A stretch of DNA of 64,000 nt from Catajapyx aquilonaris (Eukaryota), in NCBI GenBank assembly GCA_000934665.2, contig KZ538024.1:62001-126000 (forward strand), in the 5' to 3' direction. This document shows positions 63,086-64,000 of this stretch, in pieces (the stretch's first letter is position 1; each line of letters begins with the position of its first letter). The notes beneath the pieces are model-generated. The model made no database searches. It saw nothing but the letters and a program-made list of their open reading frames with translations, and was not told where the DNA came from. Made by a program: the position numbers and the translations under genes.

Positions 63086-63455
63086 GGGGCCGCCCATAAA
63101 GTACGTTACGTGGTAGAGGGTAGGTTAGTCAATGCCAGAGATCGTCACGGATGGTGACATGGGATGGGGAAGTGAGGGTGTAGTTTGATCGTCCCGCCCT
63201 GCTCACAAATCGAAAGAACTATTAAAATTGCAAATATAGTGAAATGTCTATATTATAGCGAAGTTTGTATAACTGCGGGAATAAGTCAAGAATAATGTTC
63301 ATTAAACGTCTGAGTGTTAAGTAAAAGTCAATTTTACGTGGACTCTGCGTTGGCCATGAGAAGATGACTGATCTTTCGAGGGCGGTTCGGTCCTGCGAGG
63401 CATGATGAGAGGTGTCTAAAAAGCCGAAAAAGAGACGTACTATATGGATGGCTCC
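63086..63455. mobile_element. PIF/Harbinger-like MITE
   Basis: GGGGCCGCCCATAAAGTACGT ... ACGTACTATATGGATGGCTCC as inverted termini with 4 mismatches. The TSD is degenerate. Confidence 0.55.
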
Positions 63456-64000
63456 TTTACCTGTCAGAAAAGTCTGGGCCTCCAGTAATATTAGGCCGGA
63501 CACTTAAAAGGAGTAATTGTACATGAAATAAGCTGATGTAAATCACTGCACATAACTGAAAAACATGAAAAAAAACTGTGATGTGGGGAACATCGTAACG
63601 CATACAGGGTGACAAACAAAGCATTATGGGTTGAGAATACCGACAATATTTTGCATGTGAGAGACTAATATGCGACGTTGAAGATTATAAGGAAATGCCT
63701 GAAACGTCATGTTTTTTGGCACGGGGAAGGAAGCACATGCTGCCGTCGGCCTCTATTGGTGATCGAAGTATATTGTTAACAATATGTATGATGCTTAATC
63801 AGTGGGGAAAGTTAGTGTGTTATTATTTCTGGTCTTATTAGATTTGTCGTTTCCCAGTTGACCTTTCATGTCCTTAGTTTTAATTCGTGTGCAAATGGGC
63901 GGTCTGTTTCTCAGAGTAGTTAATGTCGATGCACTGACCAAGAGAGTTGGTGACTGCGCCTACTGGTACAGAACTGTAAGTCGAGTAAAATATATTTTGT

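Noticed and set aside
1..64000. Remaining short ORFs in the six-frame track, intronic miRNA genes and transposase genes
   Set aside because: No recognisable domains. No conserved mature miRNA sequence was found by eye. No DDE or reverse-transcriptase motifs were seen.

Overview
Eukaryotic (most likely arthropod) genomic DNA. Almost the whole window is one + strand gene, a RYK-family Wnt receptor pseudokinase most similar to Drosophila Derailed-2 (Drl-2). Eleven coding exons (3654..61736) were reconstructed by hand. All introns are GT-AG with consistent phases, giving 579 aa in this window: WIF domain, TM helix, Tyr/Pro/Ser-rich juxtamembrane region, kinase with GTFG/HKD/DNA motifs, and a C-terminal PDZ-binding GRYI. 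The signal-peptide exon was not found and is probably upstream. The extracellular-domain introns are large (33.6, 7.1, 6.5 kb). The introns carry many short non-autonomous mobile elements: Tc1/mariner-type MITEs, a foldback with a 7-bp TSD nested in a mariner fragment, a cluster of 4-bp-TSD MITEs, Harbinger-like MITEs, tRNA-derived SINEs and a Helentron-like hairpin-repeat element. The most interesting unexplained signals are a candidate extra in-frame juxtamembrane exon (57359..57556) and a candidate nested antisense gene with a signal peptide (about 15538..15882). No CRISPR array, rRNA, true tRNA or intact transposase was seen. Family assignments come from recalled motifs, not database searches.
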